Below are positions 61,020-64,000 of a stretch of 64,000 nt of DNA, piece after piece. Each line of letters begins with the position of its first letter. The first letter of the stretch is position 1. The translations under genes and the position numbers were made by a program. The notes below the pieces were generated by a model. It worked only from the letters and a program-made list of their open reading frames with translations. It was not told where the DNA came from and searched no databases. This DNA comes from Candidatus Latescibacterota bacterium (GTDB lineage: Bacteria > Latescibacterota > UBA2968 > UBA8231), in contig OZ220089.1 of NCBI GenBank assembly GCA_964291625.2, positions 3,296,001-3,360,000 of the forward strand, read 5' to 3'.

Positions 61020-62333
61020 GTGTCTGTCGATTCTCTGCGCGAGAGGTATCACAGGGTGCGCAACCACACTCTCGAAATGGCGGCGCTGCTCAGCGAGGAG
61101 GAGTTCTACCACCAGGCCGTGCAGGAGGTGAGCCCGCCGGCCTGGAACCTTGGCCACACCAGCTGGTTCTTCGACGCCGTCATCCTCGGCAGGTACGCCG
61201 GGTCCCTGGGGCAGGACGGCAAGCTCTGGTATCACTTCAACTCCTACTACAAGGGGGCGGGCAGGCACGTGCGCCAGGCCTGCCGCGGAGCGGTACTCGT
61301 CCACGAGGCCCCTCTCCAGAGCATACTGAAGTACCGGTCCGACGTGGACGAGGTGATGGACCTCCTCCTCGACGGCGACCACGGTGAAGAGTTCGACCGC
61401 CTGGTGGAGTTGGGAATCAACCACGAGCAGCAGCACCAGGAGCTGTTCTATACCGAGGTCCTGCGCAACCGGTTCGAGCGCTGCTCAGAAGGCAGGCACA
61501 TCAGCGGCGAGTCCCGTGCCCCGGGCTCGGTGGAGATCCCCCTCCGGTGGATCCCCTTCGAGGAGACCATAGCGGAGGTGGGCAACGTGGAAGGTGGGTT
61601 CGGCTTCGACAACGAGTACGGGGTGCACCGGCAATACATCCATTCCTTTGCCATGATGAACCGCCCGGTGACCAACGGTGAGTATCTGGAGTTCATCGCC
61701 GACGGCGGCTACGAGAACTACGCCTGGTGGTTCGCCGAGGCCTGGGATGACGGCTCCATGCGGCCGGTGCTCCGGCTGGCGGACCGGGAGATTTACCCCC
61801 GGGCCCCCCTCTACTGGAGACGGATCGACGGCATGTGGCAGCGGTTTGCCCTGCAAGGCTGGCAGGAGACGGATCCCCACGAGCCGGTCTCTCACCTGAG
61901 CTACTTCGAGGCGGCGGCCTACGCCAACTGGAAGAGCCACGGCGAGGACAGGATCGTGCGCCTGCCCACCGAGGCGGAATGGGAGCACGCCGCCCGGCGC
62001 ACCGACGCCATGGCGCAGGTGCGCAAGAGTGAGGCGGTGCTTCTGGGAGGGGAGCTGTACCGGCCGGCGATGACGCCCCAGGAAGGGGAGCTCAAGCACA
62101 TGATGGGCAACGTCTGGGAATGGACCAACAGCTCCTATTTGCCCTACCCCGGATTCCGGCCCTACCCCGGCGCCATCGCCGAGTACAACGGCAAGTTCAT
62201 GAGCAACAAGATGGTCCTCAAGGGGGGGAGCTGGGCGACGCCCAAGGACCACATCCGCATCAGCTACCGCAACTTCTGGCCCCTCACCTTCCAGTTCGGC
62301 ATCCCCGGGTTCCGGCTGGTGATGGAGTCATGA
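61020..62333 (+). CDS. egtB: EgtB-family non-haem iron sulfoxide synthase (DinB_2 plus FGE-like domain), divergent
   Basis: SPPAWNLGHTSWFF, FNSYY, NHEQQHQE (His triad), GFDNE, VTNGEYLEFI, RLPTEAEWE, GNVWEW, EYNGKFM, SYRNF. AAAGGAGG RBS before GTG 61020. Confidence 0.82.
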   Translation: MSVDSLRERYHRVRNHTLEMAALLSEEEFYHQAVQEVSPPAWNLGHTSWFFDAVILGRYAGSLGQDGKLWYHFNSYYKGAGRHVRQACRGAVLVHEAPLQSILKYRSDVDEVMDLLLDGDHGEEFDRLVELGINHEQQHQELFYTEVLRNRFERCSEGRHISGESRAPGSVEIPLRWIPFEETIAEVGNVEGGFGFDNEYGVHRQYIHSFAMMNRPVTNGEYLEFIADGGYENYAWWFAEAWDDGSMRPVLRLADREIYPRAPLYWRRIDGMWQRFALQGWQETDPHEPVSHLSYFEAAAYANWKSHGEDRIVRLPTEAEWEHAARRTDAMAQVRKSEAVLLGGELYRPAMTPQEGELKHMMGNVWEWTNSSYLPYPGFRPYPGAIAEYNGKFMSNKMVLKGGSWATPKDHIRISYRNFWPLTFQFGIPGFRLVMES

Positions 62334-62454
62334 GTGCGCCAGCGGCAGCCCCCGGCGGGGCACGAGGTGGCATCTCTCGGGTCACCTCGGGTTCCATGGG
62401 GAGCTCTCTTCTATATTCAGAGCCAGGCAGTATCTCTTGCCGGAGGGATTGAGC

Positions 62455-63339
62455 ATGGAACGCAAGCAACCACGTAGGGGCCGACGGCCCGCATCGATGC
62501 TGGCCATACCCGCCCTGCTGCTGTCGGTAAGCGCCGGTCTGGCTTTGCCCTCGCCGCCCGAAACGGTGGTGGCAGCGCCGTTCACCCCGCCGGAGGATCA
62601 GGGCGATCAGGGCGGCTTCATCCTCCTGAGCTGGGATGCCGTTGAGGGAGCGGACGGCTACCGGCTCTGGCGGGAGGTCCTGGTCGATCGGGTCCTCGAT
62701 GAGGCGGGCAGCACAGTGGAGTTGGAGTCCCCTGAGTTCGTCCTCGTGCCGTGGGGCCGCGTCGACTCGGTGCCTGATGCCGTGGTCAGGGCTGTCGTTT
62801 TCGCGGGAGACATGGGCATGACCCGGTGGGCGGTCACCACCTTGCAGAACACCGGTGCTGGTTGGCTGGAGTCCGAGCCGCGGTTGGATTCGCCAGGCGC
62901 GGGTCAGCCCCTGCCCGCACCGCCCGAGAGGGTGGTGGCCCAACCATTCACCCCGGAGGGGGACACGGGGAACTACATCCTCCTGAGCTGGGATGCGGTG
63001 GACGGAGCCGACGGCTACCGGATGTGGCGGCAGATGCTGGTGGACCGGGTCTTCGATGAGGAGGGCAACCTGGTAGAGCTGGACACCCCCGAGTATGTCC
63101 TCGTGCCTTGGGTCCGGATCGACGCTGTGCCCGGGGAGTCTGTCGCCACCGCCGTCGTCGCTGCCTTGGACGGCGACGCCAACACCCGCTGGGCGATCAC
63201 CACCCTGCAGCGTACCGATGGCGGGTGGCTGGAGTCCGAGCCCCGGTACTTCCAAGTCGGGGTGGAGGGCGCCGGGACGGGGGTCCAGGCGCGCACTTGG
63301 GGGGACGTGAAACAGCAGCCGCGGAAGGATGCAAGATGA
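62455..63339 (+). CDS. Secreted protein with two tandem FN3-like domains and C-terminal TWGDVK tail
   Basis: GGAGG RBS; signal peptide; two ~112-aa repeats (ILLSWDAV.GADGYR.WR...GWLESEPR); ends TGVQARTWGDVK. Confidence 0.8.
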   Translation: MERKQPRRGRRPASMLAIPALLLSVSAGLALPSPPETVVAAPFTPPEDQGDQGGFILLSWDAVEGADGYRLWREVLVDRVLDEAGSTVELESPEFVLVPWGRVDSVPDAVVRAVVFAGDMGMTRWAVTTLQNTGAGWLESEPRLDSPGAGQPLPAPPERVVAQPFTPEGDTGNYILLSWDAVDGADGYRMWRQMLVDRVFDEEGNLVELDTPEYVLVPWVRIDAVPGESVATAVVAALDGDANTRWAITTLQRTDGGWLESEPRYFQVGVEGAGTGVQARTWGDVKQQPRKDAR

Positions 63340-63980
63340 CCGAACAGCCCGCTCCGTATCCCGTCCAGTTCTCGATCGACTACCCCGAGTCCAGCGGCAG
63401 GCTCACGGCCTTCTTCCGGATCGTCCTGGCGATCCCGATCCTCATCGTCGCCGGTCTGCTGACCGGGGGGGTCCTCATGGGGGACATGACCACATCCCTG
63501 TGGACCGATTGGACCTCCGCGTTCTACGTGGGCGGCGTGGTGTGGATCCCCACGATGCTGATGATCGTCTTCCGCCGGAAGTATCCCCGCTGGTGGTTCG
63601 ACTGGAACCTGGAGCTGCTCCGCTTCGTGATCCGGGTCGAGGCCTACCTGCTGCTCCTGCGCGACGACTACCCCTCCACCGACGAGCGCCAGGGGGTCCA
63701 CATCGACGTCCCGTACCCGGACGCGGCAAGCCAGCTCAACCGGATCCTGCCCCTGGTCAAGTGGATCCTGGCGATCCCGCACTACATCGTCCTGGCCTTC
63801 ATCGGAATGCTGGTCGTGGTGGTGACGATCATCGCCTGGTTCGCGATCCTGATCGTCGGCCGCTACCCGAGGGAGCTGTTCCTGTTCGTCGAAGGTACCC
63901 TGCGCTGGGGATTCCGGGTCACCGCCTACGCCTTCCTCCTCAGCACCGACCGGTACCCGCCCTTCCGCTTCGGAGCCTGA
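63336..63980 (+). CDS. DUF4389 membrane protein
   Basis: YPVQFSIDYP, two repeats (FRIVLAIP..KYPRWWF..AYLLLLRDDYP and KWILAIPH..GRYPRELF..DRYPPF). ATG overlaps the previous stop. Confidence 0.88.
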   Translation: MTEQPAPYPVQFSIDYPESSGRLTAFFRIVLAIPILIVAGLLTGGVLMGDMTTSLWTDWTSAFYVGGVVWIPTMLMIVFRRKYPRWWFDWNLELLRFVIRVEAYLLLLRDDYPSTDERQGVHIDVPYPDAASQLNRILPLVKWILAIPHYIVLAFIGMLVVVVTIIAWFAILIVGRYPRELFLFVEGTLRWGFRVTAYAFLLSTDRYPPFRFGA

Positions 63981-64000
63981 CGCAGCCGCTCACCCTCTGC

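Larger units (their letters stand above)
60746..62410. repeat. Imperfect ~33-bp direct repeats flanking egtB (copies at 60746-60779 and 62378-62410)
   Basis: cgggtcacctcggggtccatgggggagttctcct versus cgggtcacctcgggttccatggggagctctctt. Confidence 0.75.

Noticed and set aside
1-64000. CRISPR array, rRNA, integrase/transposase, recoding (Sec/Pyl, programmed frameshift)
   Set aside because: No regularly spaced repeats, rRNA-like tracts, recombinase motifs or interrupted conserved genes were seen by eye, apart from the remnant at 12454-12670.

Overview
High-GC window from a diderm bacterium. The FlgD-Ig C-terminal domain, C-terminal [ST]WGx[VI]K tails, BamD/CpoB, TonB receptors and paired PhyH dioxygenases suggest an FCB-related lineage such as Ca. 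Latescibacterota (inference only). From left to right it holds: (1) an N-methylglutamate-type methylamine cluster (soxB/soxD-family dehydrogenase, XRE-cupin regulator, glxB, a glxC-glxD fusion and an unusual GltD-like::degenerate-GlxD fusion); (2) an RloA/RloB ATPase-TOPRIM cassette and a gene remnant; (3) DUF2330, DUF362-like, glcF, a murB-GATase-DUF4862-isomerase run and yaaA; (4) a core block of hpt, recA, prmC, prfA, rpmE2, rho, dnaG, tRNA-Ile2 and tRNA-Val; (5) an accessory FAS-II lipid cluster (fabH-fabA-fabZ-KAS-ACP-acyltransferase plus PPTase) with ceramidase-like and GT-C genes; (6) a zinc-ribbon gene, rnpB, pyrF overlapping tRNA-Pro, tRNA-Arg, tRNA-His, rfaE2, cpoB, bamD, nadD, thrC and tRNA-Arg; (7) an accessory region with two TonB receptors, an ATPase/DUF4276 cassette, two PhyH enzymes, a divergent egtB between direct repeats and a tandem-domain secreted protein. 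No CRISPR array, rRNA, integrase or transposase was seen. The best candidates for novelty are the redox-coupled NMG-synthase architecture, the C-terminal WGxxK putative sorting tag, the accessory lipid cluster, two uncharacterised ATPase-TOPRIM defence-like pairs and a candidate SOS operator at recA. All family calls come from motif recognition by eye, not from database searches.
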